A stretch of 64,000 nt of DNA from Candidatus Multivorans sp. (lineage in GTDB: Bacteria; Acidobacteriota; Thermoanaerobaculia; Multivoradales; Multivoraceae): positions 2,595,689 to 2,659,688 of the forward strand of contig OZ251997.1 in assembly GCA_965247095.1 (NCBI GenBank), given 5' to 3'. A program made the position numbers and the translations under genes. A model generated the notes under the pieces. It was not told the DNA's origin, ran no database searches, and was given only the letters and a program-made list of their open reading frames with translations. Shown in pieces: positions 27,432 through 35,590 of the stretch. Each line of letters begins with the position of its first letter. The stretch's first letter is position 1.

Positions 27432-27810
27432 TGGGGAGTCCGTTGCCCGGTTCCTCTACACGAAGAGTTACTTCTCCGTCGCCAAGAGGACGGTGAAGCA
27501 CGCTGCCTTTATGCCCCCGAGTGATCTCCGAACGTCGGTCTACCGAATTGACGGGCTGGATGAGACAGGGGTGCGCCAGCTAGCTTCCGAAACATCTCGG
27601 AAGACTTCGTTCAAGGGACACGGGGTTTTCCTGGCGGCTGATGTGCGATCAGTGTCTCAACTGGATGTCGTTCCCGAAACGAGTCAACATCCGCTTCACG
27701 CCGACATTGTGGGTTGGCCGACAGAACGAGAGAAGCGGATTGAACTCGCCCGCCTGCTCGCGGTCAAGGCTGAATTTGTACCGTCAGCGCCGGGACCCAG
27801 TTCGGCTTGA
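27307..27810 (+). CDS. Hypothetical protein, start unresolved
   Basis: The protein-like part begins around 27418 (LTIRDGESVARFLYTKSYF...HADIVGWPTEREKRIELARLLA). GAAGGAGG lies at 27404-27411, but the only nearby in-frame starts are CTG 27418 or the overlapping ATG 27307. Confidence 0.5.
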   Translation: MATSISPFRFRVGENRADALSTPNFPRICWGSRRRPRLTIRDGESVARFLYTKSYFSVAKRTVKHAAFMPPSDLRTSVYRIDGLDETGVRQLASETSRKTSFKGHGVFLAADVRSVSQLDVVPETSQHPLHADIVGWPTEREKRIELARLLAVKAEFVPSAPGPSSA

Positions 27811-27869
27811 CGGTGAGGTCGTGTACACGGCCGAATTGACTACCCGGCCGCGGGAGCACTGCTGCCGAT

Positions 27870-29462
27870 CTATGGAATGTTGACCAGGGTGTAGTAGGCC
27901 TCCGGGTGGAGAAGCGGCTCACCGCCCTTGCTCCGGACTCCGTCGAGATGCAGCTCGTGGACGTAGCCGGCACGCAGCGGCTCGACGGTCAGGCGGACGC
28001 TCCTCGCGTCGGCGGCCACCCGAGCGGATCGGATGGCGACCCGCAGCTTGTCGTCCTCGGGCCCGCCGTAGCTCGAGCTGAGGCGATAGGTGTAGCTCTG
28101 CATGCGGTAGGTCGCGGGGTTTCCTGCACTCTCCGGATCCACCGGCCGGGTGAACGTGAGTTCGAAGCCGTCGGGACGGGCCCGCATCTCGTGGACCTCG
28201 AACGGCAGGGCGCCGGTCCAGACGATCCGCTGGAGACCGTGGGGCTCGGGGCCGACGCCGCCCCAGCCGCGGTCCGACATGCCGGCGAAGAGCGATCCGT
28301 CGTCAGCGAAGGCGAGGCGGATCACGCCGCTGTCGAGGCCGCGCCGGAAGTTGAACGCGGCGCCCTGCCAGTGGCCGCCGATCTTCTCCAGGAACACCCG
28401 CATGACCATCGCGTGATGCTGGTCGCCGACGAAGAGCTGGCCGGCGAAGGGCCCGAACTTGCCGCCGGTCGTGTCCCACTTGAGACCGGAGGGGGACTGC
28501 CCCATCTTCACGTAGGGGAACCACACCGACGGCATGCGGAAGTTCGGAATCAGCTCGTGCATGTCCTTCATGAAGGTTCCGCCCTGCGGCTGGCCTTCGG
28601 GCGGCGGCTCGACCTTGGACTCGGGTAGGTGGGTGGAAGCCATGCCGTGGGGATGACCATGAAAGTCGCCCACATCGATCAGCGAGAGCTTCGAGGCGTT
28701 GTTCCACTCGCCCTGGTTGTCCGTGTAGAAGACCTCGCCCCAGGGGCTGACCTCGACGCCGGCGGGAGAGCGCAGGCCGGCGGCGACGAACTCGGCGTCG
28801 CCGCTCGCGGGATCGACTCGGACCGCCCAGCCCCGCCAGTCCGCGAACCCGTAGGGCTGGGCGCCGAAGGGGATGTTCAGCGTCACCCAGAGCTTGCCGT
28901 CCGGCGTCAGGCGCGGTCCGAAGACGTACTCGTGGTAGTCGCCGCTGGTTTCCCACGCGTCCGTGACGGTCTCGAAGACATCGGCCCGATCGTCTCCGTC
29001 CGTGTCCTTGAGCCGGGTCAGCTCGCCCCGCTGTGCCGTGTAGATCCAGCCGTCGAGCTCGAGCAGGCCGAGCGGCTGCCCGAGGCCGAAGGCGTACTGC
29101 TTGAACGCCGGTTGCGGCGGGTCGCTGAACGCGTTCTCGACGATGAAGATCTCGCCCCGCCGGGTTCCCGCCATGATGCGGCCGTCCGAGAGCTGCAACA
29201 GCCCGCCGACCTCCATCGACATCCCCTCCTCGAGGGGCATCGTGAGCAGCCGGTAGGACAGCTCCTCCGCGGCGGCCTGCGCGCCGATGGCGTCCTGCTG
29301 GCGGGCGAGGATCTGCTTCTCGGTCTCCTCGCGCAGGCCATCGTCCAGGGGTTCCTGGGCGAGAAGCGGCAGGGGCAAGCAGATCAGCAGGGCGACCAGC
29401 GCTGTGGCGGCGGCGCGGCCGGGTTGCAAGGTGTTTGCGCTCACGAGGGCCATGGGGATCAC
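27870..29462 (-). CDS. Secreted beta-propeller protein (glucose/sorbosone-dehydrogenase-like, 'membrane-bound dehydrogenase domain' type)
   Basis: 530-aa ORF with a signal peptide. It contains DGDDRADVFE, SPWGEVFYTDNQGEW and FHGHPHG. It overlaps the upstream cytochrome gene stop. Confidence 0.7.
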   Translation of the reverse strand: MIPMALVSANTLQPGRAAATALVALLICLPLPLLAQEPLDDGLREETEKQILARQQDAIGAQAAAEELSYRLLTMPLEEGMSMEVGGLLQLSDGRIMAGTRRGEIFIVENAFSDPPQPAFKQYAFGLGQPLGLLELDGWIYTAQRGELTRLKDTDGDDRADVFETVTDAWETSGDYHEYVFGPRLTPDGKLWVTLNIPFGAQPYGFADWRGWAVRVDPASGDAEFVAAGLRSPAGVEVSPWGEVFYTDNQGEWNNASKLSLIDVGDFHGHPHGMASTHLPESKVEPPPEGQPQGGTFMKDMHELIPNFRMPSVWFPYVKMGQSPSGLKWDTTGGKFGPFAGQLFVGDQHHAMVMRVFLEKIGGHWQGAAFNFRRGLDSGVIRLAFADDGSLFAGMSDRGWGGVGPEPHGLQRIVWTGALPFEVHEMRARPDGFELTFTRPVDPESAGNPATYRMQSYTYRLSSSYGGPEDDKLRVAIRSARVAADARSVRLTVEPLRAGYVHELHLDGVRSKGGEPLLHPEAYYTLVNIP

Positions 29463-32410
29463 CAGGACAGGGTCACGTCGAGCTGGAGCGTTTCGCCTGG
29501 TGCGAGGTCGATCCGCTGCAGGAGTTGGCGGACTCCCTGGGACTCCCGGACGAACGTCGCGAGGTCCGCTTCGGAGGCATCGGAGGCAAGGGATACGTCG
29601 AGCCGGCCATCGACGCTCCAGGAGCGCTCCGACGCCGGCACGATCTCCTCACCCTCGGCCAGCAACAGATAGAGCGGACGGGGGTCCGAGCCGGCGGAGA
29701 GCTGGAAGCGGCGGATCAGATTCGTGCCGCCGCCGCTGTGCAGTGGCGTCGGCGCCTCCTCGATCAGGAGGTCGTGCAGGCGGTAGCGCAGCACCGGTCT
29801 GCCCTCGTCGTCGAGCCGGTAGCCGAGGAAACGGCCGCCCACGTTCCGGTCGGCCCGGCCCGCCGTGGGCCAGGGGCTGTCGATGTCGCCCAGGTCCGCA
29901 AAGGCCGGACCCGGCGGAAGATCCAGCACATCCGTGCCGTAGGGGCCGAAGAACCGGCCCGCGCGGCCCTGCCACGTGCCCTTGGCGTCGAAGAAACCGC
30001 CTCGCCAGATCTTCGCCAGGCGGACGTTGTTCGCGTCGAAGGCGACGTGGACGTTCTCCGGGTAGCCGATGGCGATCGACCGCGGTCCGACATCGATCAT
30101 GAAGGTGCGGAACACGATCGGGCGCTCGTCCGGGACGAGAACCAGCTCGGCGCCGATGTTCGTGCCCTCGGGCGCGGGCATGGAAGTGCCGAGCGAGAGG
30201 GCGTTCCAGATCGCATCGATCTGGCCGTCCATCGAACCGCCGCCGAGATGCTGGAAGTTGACGACGCCTTCGGGCCAGAACGAGGGCATGCGGGTTCCCG
30301 GGCGGATCGCGGCCGGATCCCGCAGGAACCGCGCGACCCATCCGGGCCGCAACCGGTCGTAGACGGTGGCGAGGTCGATGGTCGAGACGCCTTGGGCGGG
30401 ATGGACGTGAACGTTGTGGCACGTGATGCAGCTCATGGACTTCTCGCCCAGCAGTTCAATCCCGTCGCGGGCGGCTTCAGTCGAGAAAACCGGTTCGTCG
30501 AGGTCGCCTGCCGCTGCGTCGACTGCTTCGAGCGCGGCGGCCAATCGTTCGGCCGCGGCCGCGGGGAAGCTCGGCATCCTGACCTCCATGAAGTCGCGGC
30601 GGACGTGCAGGTCGTCGCCGGTCAGGATCGAGCGCAACGCGCCCGGCTTCAGCTTTCCGCCGGCGCCGTGGAGCGGAGGCGGCAGCCGCCCCTCGTCGCC
30701 GAGGTCCTGGCCGCCGACGACGGCGAAGTACGTCGCGCGCACCGGATCCGGGCCGCCGACTTCCGCGTCACCGGCGCGTCGCTGGTGGCAGGCGTAGCAG
30801 TTGTAGCTCGCCATCGTGTGGACGATCTGGTCGCCGGGCTGCCGCGACTCCGCGAGATGGGAAAGCACCCCGAGTGCGGCCCGGATCGCGCGCCTCTGAT
30901 GACTGGCGAGCGGATAGCGCGGCGAGGAGTCGCCCGTGTGCATGCCGGGTCCGTTGACCACGGCGGCCGGATCCAGCTCGGCGAGAGGCGGCGGAGCGGC
31001 GACGTCCCGCCGGTCGGGCTGGATTCCCGAGTAGCCGTGGCACGAGGCGCAGCCGTGGCGAACGAAGAGTCGCGCGCCCCAGCCCGCGTCCTCCGCGTCC
31101 CGCGAAACCAGGGTTCCCCCGTCCGGCCGCAGCCGCACGTTCTCGTAGCTGGTGTAGTCGTCGAGAACAGCGCCCCGGGGGAGGGAAGCGCCCTCGAGGT
31201 TGACGCGGAGAAAGGGCTCTCCCGTGTCGCCGCGAATGAAGTAGGTCACTTCCACCGGGTGATCTCCGGCCTCTAGCTGGAGTCGGATGTCCGCCTCCCG
31301 GGCGCTGCCGGCGGTCTTGGTGGCGACCACCTCGCCGTCAACGGCGAGCGAGGAACCCGAGCGGCGGTCCGAGGCCAGGGTGAACGTGTAAGGGCCTGTC
31401 GCCGGCGCCCGCATCACGCCGGCAAACCGGTACGCGTGGTTGCCGTAGTTCATCTCGACCGGGAGGCGTAGCGACAGGCCGCGGATCCGACCCTCGGCGG
31501 CAGGTTCCATCGCGTCGAGGTCGGCAGGCGGCCGGTCGAAGAAGCCTCTTACGTCCTCGTCCTGCATGGGATCGAGGAAGTACTCGAACTCGAAGCCTTG
31601 CCGCCGCTCGACCACCTGCGGTTCCTGTTCCCGCAGCAGGTAGATCGCCAGATCCTCCGCTTCCGCCGGGGTCAGGTACAGGGACGGCATGCGCCCGCCT
31701 GGCCTTGTCGACCGTGGGTCCAGGAGGAACTTCGAGAGCGCCGCGACCGAGGTCTTGCCGGCAAGATCCGGCAGAGGGACGGAGGGAATGGCCGGTTCGG
31801 CGCCGGCAGCCTCCGGCGCGTGGCAGGCGACGCAGCCGATCGAGTGGAACAGCCTGCGCCCCCGCTCCACCGCGGCCCGGAAGCGGAACACCGGGAACTC
31901 ATCCGCCACACCGCCGCTCGCATCGTCGGCCGGGTGTGGGGCCCCGTCCGGCTCGGGCGGCTCTTCCTCGTAGAACAGGTAGCGCGCGATGGAACGCGCG
32001 ACGCGGTTCCCATCCTCGGGGTCGAGAGAGTGCAGGACCTCAGGCATCGTCGAGCCCGGCTTGTGTTCGTCCGGGTCGGCCAGGTAGGCGGTGAGCCACT
32101 CGACGGTGACCCGCTCGTTGAGCTCCGCGAGGTCGGGGGCCGTACGTGTGGGTATCCGTTTCGACACGTCGGGCGTCGGTTCATGGCAGGACAGGCAGTT
32201 CAGTTCGCCGAGCAGCACTTCGCCGAGGGCCGCCTCGCTGGCCGCGCCGGCCAGCCGCAGGTGCTCGTAGCCCGGCACGACCGGCGTCGGCGCGGCCGGA
32301 ACCGCCGCCTGGGCCTGAATCGCCGCGCTCAGCGCCGCGGCCAGGACCGGGAAGACGAGCCGGCCGGACCGGCTCGGACGCGGTGCGCGGCGGCCGATCA
32401 CATCGGCCAC
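29459..32410 (-). CDS. Multidomain c-type cytochrome with PA14-like domain
   Basis: Five CxxCH motifs (CLSCH, CVACH, CASCH, CYACH, CITCH). A PA14-like block reads YRFAGVMRAPATGPYTFTLASD...LQLEAGDHPVEVTYF. Confidence 0.8.
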   Translation of the reverse strand: MADVIGRRAPRPSRSGRLVFPVLAAALSAAIQAQAAVPAAPTPVVPGYEHLRLAGAASEAALGEVLLGELNCLSCHEPTPDVSKRIPTRTAPDLAELNERVTVEWLTAYLADPDEHKPGSTMPEVLHSLDPEDGNRVARSIARYLFYEEEPPEPDGAPHPADDASGGVADEFPVFRFRAAVERGRRLFHSIGCVACHAPEAAGAEPAIPSVPLPDLAGKTSVAALSKFLLDPRSTRPGGRMPSLYLTPAEAEDLAIYLLREQEPQVVERRQGFEFEYFLDPMQDEDVRGFFDRPPADLDAMEPAAEGRIRGLSLRLPVEMNYGNHAYRFAGVMRAPATGPYTFTLASDRRSGSSLAVDGEVVATKTAGSAREADIRLQLEAGDHPVEVTYFIRGDTGEPFLRVNLEGASLPRGAVLDDYTSYENVRLRPDGGTLVSRDAEDAGWGARLFVRHGCASCHGYSGIQPDRRDVAAPPPLAELDPAAVVNGPGMHTGDSSPRYPLASHQRRAIRAALGVLSHLAESRQPGDQIVHTMASYNCYACHQRRAGDAEVGGPDPVRATYFAVVGGQDLGDEGRLPPPLHGAGGKLKPGALRSILTGDDLHVRRDFMEVRMPSFPAAAAERLAAALEAVDAAAGDLDEPVFSTEAARDGIELLGEKSMSCITCHNVHVHPAQGVSTIDLATVYDRLRPGWVARFLRDPAAIRPGTRMPSFWPEGVVNFQHLGGGSMDGQIDAIWNALSLGTSMPAPEGTNIGAELVLVPDERPIVFRTFMIDVGPRSIAIGYPENVHVAFDANNVRLAKIWRGGFFDAKGTWQGRAGRFFGPYGTDVLDLPPGPAFADLGDIDSPWPTAGRADRNVGGRFLGYRLDDEGRPVLRYRLHDLLIEEAPTPLHSGGGTNLIRRFQLSAGSDPRPLYLLLAEGEEIVPASERSWSVDGRLDVSLASDASEADLATFVRESQGVRQLLQRIDLAPGETLQLDVTLSW

Positions 32411-32901
32411 TCGAGGCGTTCGGGGGGGACAACGGACGGCTCGTCCGGTCCGGGGAAGGCAGCCGGCACGCCGATCGTCACCTCGCCGGTGGCCGCGTAC
32501 TCCGTGCCGCGGGCGAGCGCGGTCTGGAAACCTGTGCAGTCCAGGGAGGCGCCGGCCGGGCCGCGCAGTGAGGCGTAGAGCTCGTCAGCCGCGTGCATCC
32601 AGGTGGTCGGCAGGCCGGCCAGGATGGGGTGGTCGGGCCGATCGTGGATGACCTGGAACTCCCGGATACGGCCGTGCCGGCCGCTCAACCCCTCGTCGGG
32701 CGAGGTGCTGACGTCTACCGTGAAGCGCCTGGTCCGCTCGAGCGTCGCCCTGACGGCGGCGGTGGTGCGCGCCCAGTCGTGGTTGTTCACGCCGCCGATG
32801 ATCAGGACCGGAATCCTCGCGTCCGCTCCGGCTGATTCGACTCGCGGCGCCGTGCAGCCGCACACCAGAACCAGGATCGCGATGGAGCGAGAAACGAGCA
32901 T
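32398..32901 (-). CDS. ThuA-like protein, unusually short (possible in-frame internal deletions)
   Basis: Three ThuA-type blocks, IPVLIIGGVNNHDWARTT, FQVIHDRPDHPILAGLP...DELYASLRGPA and GFQTALARGTEYAATGEVT, are packed into 167 aa. Confidence 0.6.
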   Translation of the reverse strand: MLVSRSIAILVLVCGCTAPRVESAGADARIPVLIIGGVNNHDWARTTAAVRATLERTRRFTVDVSTSPDEGLSGRHGRIREFQVIHDRPDHPILAGLPTTWMHAADELYASLRGPAGASLDCTGFQTALARGTEYAATGEVTIGVPAAFPGPDEPSVVPPERLEWPM

Positions 32902-32941
32902 TCAATCGGCGGTTGAACACGATACACGAGGAGATCCGCCC

Positions 32942-32983
32942 CTGGGAACGCGGGCGTCTCGCCCGCATCCGGCGCGGAGCGCC
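32942..32983 (+). repeat. REP-like hairpin element, copy 1
   Basis: CTGGGAACGCGGGCGTCTCGCCCGCATCCGGCGCGGAGCGCC, with stem GCGGGCG/CGCCCGC at 32950-32966. It lies in a divergent intergenic region. Confidence 0.8.
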
Positions 32984-33016
32984 CGTCTGGTTGCCGCCGG
33001 CAACTAGGATCGGACG

Positions 33017-34389
33017 GTGAGCGTCGCGAAAGCAGGCTCGGTTGCTCTTGTCCTCGCGATGCTCCTCGCTTGCGCGTCCGACCTGGGCGAGACTTCCGCG
33101 CCGCCGGCCGGGATCCCCCACCCCGAACTCGCGGAACTCGAACCGCCCCTAGCCCGAGAACTCGAAGCCCGCCGGGCCGGACTCGACGCGCTGCTCGCCG
33201 ACGAAGCCGCGACCGCCAAGGAGCAGGCCCAGGCCTTCGGCGAGCTGGGCCGGCTCTACCAGGCCGAGGAGTCCCTGGCGCGCAGCGGGACGACCAGGGT
33301 CGCGATGGCCGACCCGCTGATGCACGAATTGACGACCCTGGCGATCGGCGCCTCGCCGCACCTGGCGCGGGGCAATGCCGCCGCGCGGGAGGGCCGGCTG
33401 GCGGAAGCGGAGTCCGCCTACCGGCAGGCTGTGGCAGCCGACGCCGCGAATCCGCGCGCCCATCAGAGCCTGGGTACCGTCCTGGTTCGCCGTGGCAATC
33501 CGCAGGCGGCCCTGGAGCACTTCGGCGCCGCCGTCGCGCTGGAGCCGGAGAATGCCCGCGCGCACTCGGACCTCGGCGTCCTGCTGGGAGAGCTCGGGCA
33601 GAACGACCGCGCCCTGGAACACCTGGGCCGCGCGGTCGAACTCGAGCCTGGGCTGGTGCAGGCACTGCTGAGTCTCGGCAACGTCCAGGCGCGTATCGGT
33701 CGCCTGGACGAATCGGAAGCGACCTACCGCCGGGTGCTCGAGAGCGACACCGGCAACGGAGATGCCCGGCTCGGACTGGGGGCCGTCCTGGCGCAGACCG
33801 GCGACTTCGAGCAGGCCGTCGTCGAGTTGCAGGAAGCGCTACGGCACGAGCCGGGCGACGAGCGGGCCTCCCGCATCCACTTCGGCCTCGCCGAAGCCCT
33901 GGTGCGCACCGGCCAGCTTGAGGAAGCCCTGGCGCACTACACCCGCGTCCGCGAAATCGATCCCGACCAGGGCCTCGCCTGGCTGCGCGAGGCGACGGTG
34001 CTGATGGGCCTCGAACGTTTCGCCGACGCCAAGGGCGTGCTCGAAGCGCGGCTGGCAGTTGCGCCCGCCGACGACCGCGCCGCTCACTCCCTGGCGAGAC
34101 TGCTCGCCGGCGCACCCGACCCGTCGCTCCGCGACGGTCCGCGGGCCCTGGCCATCGCGGGCGTCTGCTCGAAGCAGACAACGCCGCGCCCGAGGCCGAG
34201 ACCGCCGCGATGGCCCTGGCTGAAGCCGGCCGCTTCGAGGAGGCGATCGACATCCAGCGCACCCTGGTCCAGGACGCGCGGCGGCTGGAGCGAGCGGGCG
34301 AGGAGCGGCGTCTGGCCCGGAACCTGGACCGGTACGAGCGCGGCGAGGCGTGCTGTGCGCGGGTGGGGGATGTACTTCCGCCGTATTGA
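33017..34389 (+). CDS. TPR-repeat lipoprotein with apparent 1-nt frameshift near nt 34160
   Basis: Lipobox LLAC and multiple TPR units. After ...RALAIAG the homologous reading continues in another frame (RLLEADNAAPEAETAAMALAEAGRFEEAIDIQ...GDVLPPY, stop 34387-34389). The track ORF instead runs on to 34495. Confidence 0.7.
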
Positions 34390-34419
34390 GCGGACTGGCG
34401 GTCTACCATTGAGGAGATC

Positions 34420-34707
34420 ATGGCGATGCAGAACCCACCACATCCGGGCGGGATCGTCCGAAGGCAGTGCCTGGAGCCCCTGGGGCTGTCCGTGACGCGA
34501 GCCGCAGAAGGCCTGGGCGTCACCCGGCAGGCGCTCTCCGACCTGGTGAACGGTCATGCCGGAGTGTCGACGGAGATGGCGGTTCGCCTGTCGAAGGCGT
34601 TCGGCTCGAGTCCTGAGACTTGGCTCGGGAGGCAGATGGCCTACGATCTTTGGCAGGTCCGCGACCGTGCCGAGCAGATCACGGTCGAGCGCTTTGACGC
34701 GGCCTGA
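34420..34707 (+). CDS. higA: HigA-family antitoxin (XRE HTH), no HigB partner
   Basis: Sequence reads HPGGIVRRQCLEPLGLSVTRAAEGLGVTRQALSDLVNGHAGVSTEMAVRLSKAFGSSPETWL. GAGGAG RBS is present. Confidence 0.85.
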   Translation: MAMQNPPHPGGIVRRQCLEPLGLSVTRAAEGLGVTRQALSDLVNGHAGVSTEMAVRLSKAFGSSPETWLGRQMAYDLWQVRDRAEQITVERFDAA

Positions 34708-34770
34708 GTGCCGGCGATGCAAGTAAGTTCCAACTAGCAGCTAGGGGCTTGCGCGGCAGGACGATCTGAC

Positions 34771-34812
34771 CTGGGAACGCGGGCATCCTGCCCGCATCCG
34801 GCGCGAAGCGCC
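34771..34812 (+). repeat. REP-like hairpin element, copy 2 (compensatory stem change)
   Basis: CTGGGAACGCGGGCATCCTGCCCGCATCCGGCGCGAAGCGCC. The stem is GCGGGCA/TGCCCGC instead of GCGGGCG/CGCCCGC. Confidence 0.8.
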
Positions 34813-34835
34813 GGCCTCTGGGAGTTCTGCCGCGC

Positions 34836-35246
34836 CTAGGCCGATCTGAGGCCGGTATCGACGAACTCTCGTGGGGAGACGACGCGAACGTTCTGCCTGG
34901 CGCTGGCTGGGAAGTGTCTGGCGTTTCCGGTGACCAGATAGTCGGCCAGGGCGGCTGCCGCCACTTCCAGGAAGGGCTCGTCGTGGGGATCGGGAAGCCT
35001 GGCCGGCAAGGGCATTGGAGAGGTCAGTTCGCCACGGGCTTCGACTTGTAGCAGTAGCGCGCTGATGTCCTCTTCAGCGAGAGAGAATCTGGGTCGGCGC
35101 AGTACCTCGGCGTACTCGGCGAGGATTCGCGCGTCGTAGCAGAGGCTGAGGCTGCCTGCAGCGGTCAGCCCGACGATGGTGCCCGGTGGCCCGAAGGGCG
35201 ATAGCAAACCGGAGACGAGGACGTTCGTGTCGACGACGATTCTCAT
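34836..35246 (-). CDS. PIN-domain toxin
   Basis: Contains MRIVVDTNVLVSGLLSP, PDPHDEPFLEVAAAALADYLVTGNARHF. Confidence 0.85.
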   Translation of the reverse strand: MRIVVDTNVLVSGLLSPFGPPGTIVGLTAAGSLSLCYDARILAEYAEVLRRPRFSLAEEDISALLLQVEARGELTSPMPLPARLPDPHDEPFLEVAAAALADYLVTGNARHFPASARQNVRVVSPREFVDTGLRSA

Positions 35247-35530
35247 GCGCGGCGTCGGCGCCGCGCTTCATTGATCTCAGCGTTCACTTCGTCGAGGCTC
35301 CACTGATCAAGGCCCGCTTCACGTGCTCGGCGCTGCATATTGAGCACAGCCAACTGTGCTCGGGCTTGCCGAAGCGCCGTCAGCGTTGCTTCGAGGGTCG
35401 ACGCGGTCGCGGCAGAAAGGACGGCGACCGGCTTGCCGTTGGAAGTGACCACGAGGTCCTTCGCTTCCCCCAGTGATTCCCAGACTGCTGCGGAGCGAGT
35501 ACGTAAGTCACGGATGCTGACGAATTCCAT
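35243..35530 (-). CDS. Phd/YefM-type antitoxin
   Basis: MEFVSIRDLRTRSAAVWESLGEAKDLVVTSNGKPVAVL. GAGGG RBS is present. The stop overlaps the PIN gene start. Confidence 0.8.
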   Translation of the reverse strand: MEFVSIRDLRTRSAAVWESLGEAKDLVVTSNGKPVAVLSAATASTLEATLTALRQARAQLAVLNMQRRAREAGLDQWSLDEVNAEINEARRRRRA

Positions 35531-35549
35531 GGGTGCAACCCTCAAGGTT

Positions 35550-35582
35550 CACAATCGAGTACACGACGGTGGCACGATTGTG
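35550..35582. promoter_or_regulatory. Inverted repeat upstream of the phd/PIN operon (candidate operator)
   Basis: CACAATCG (35550-35557) and CGATTGTG (35575-35582) are separated by 17 nt and lie 20-50 nt upstream of the antitoxin start. Confidence 0.25.
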
Positions 35583-35590
35583 TCTTCTCG

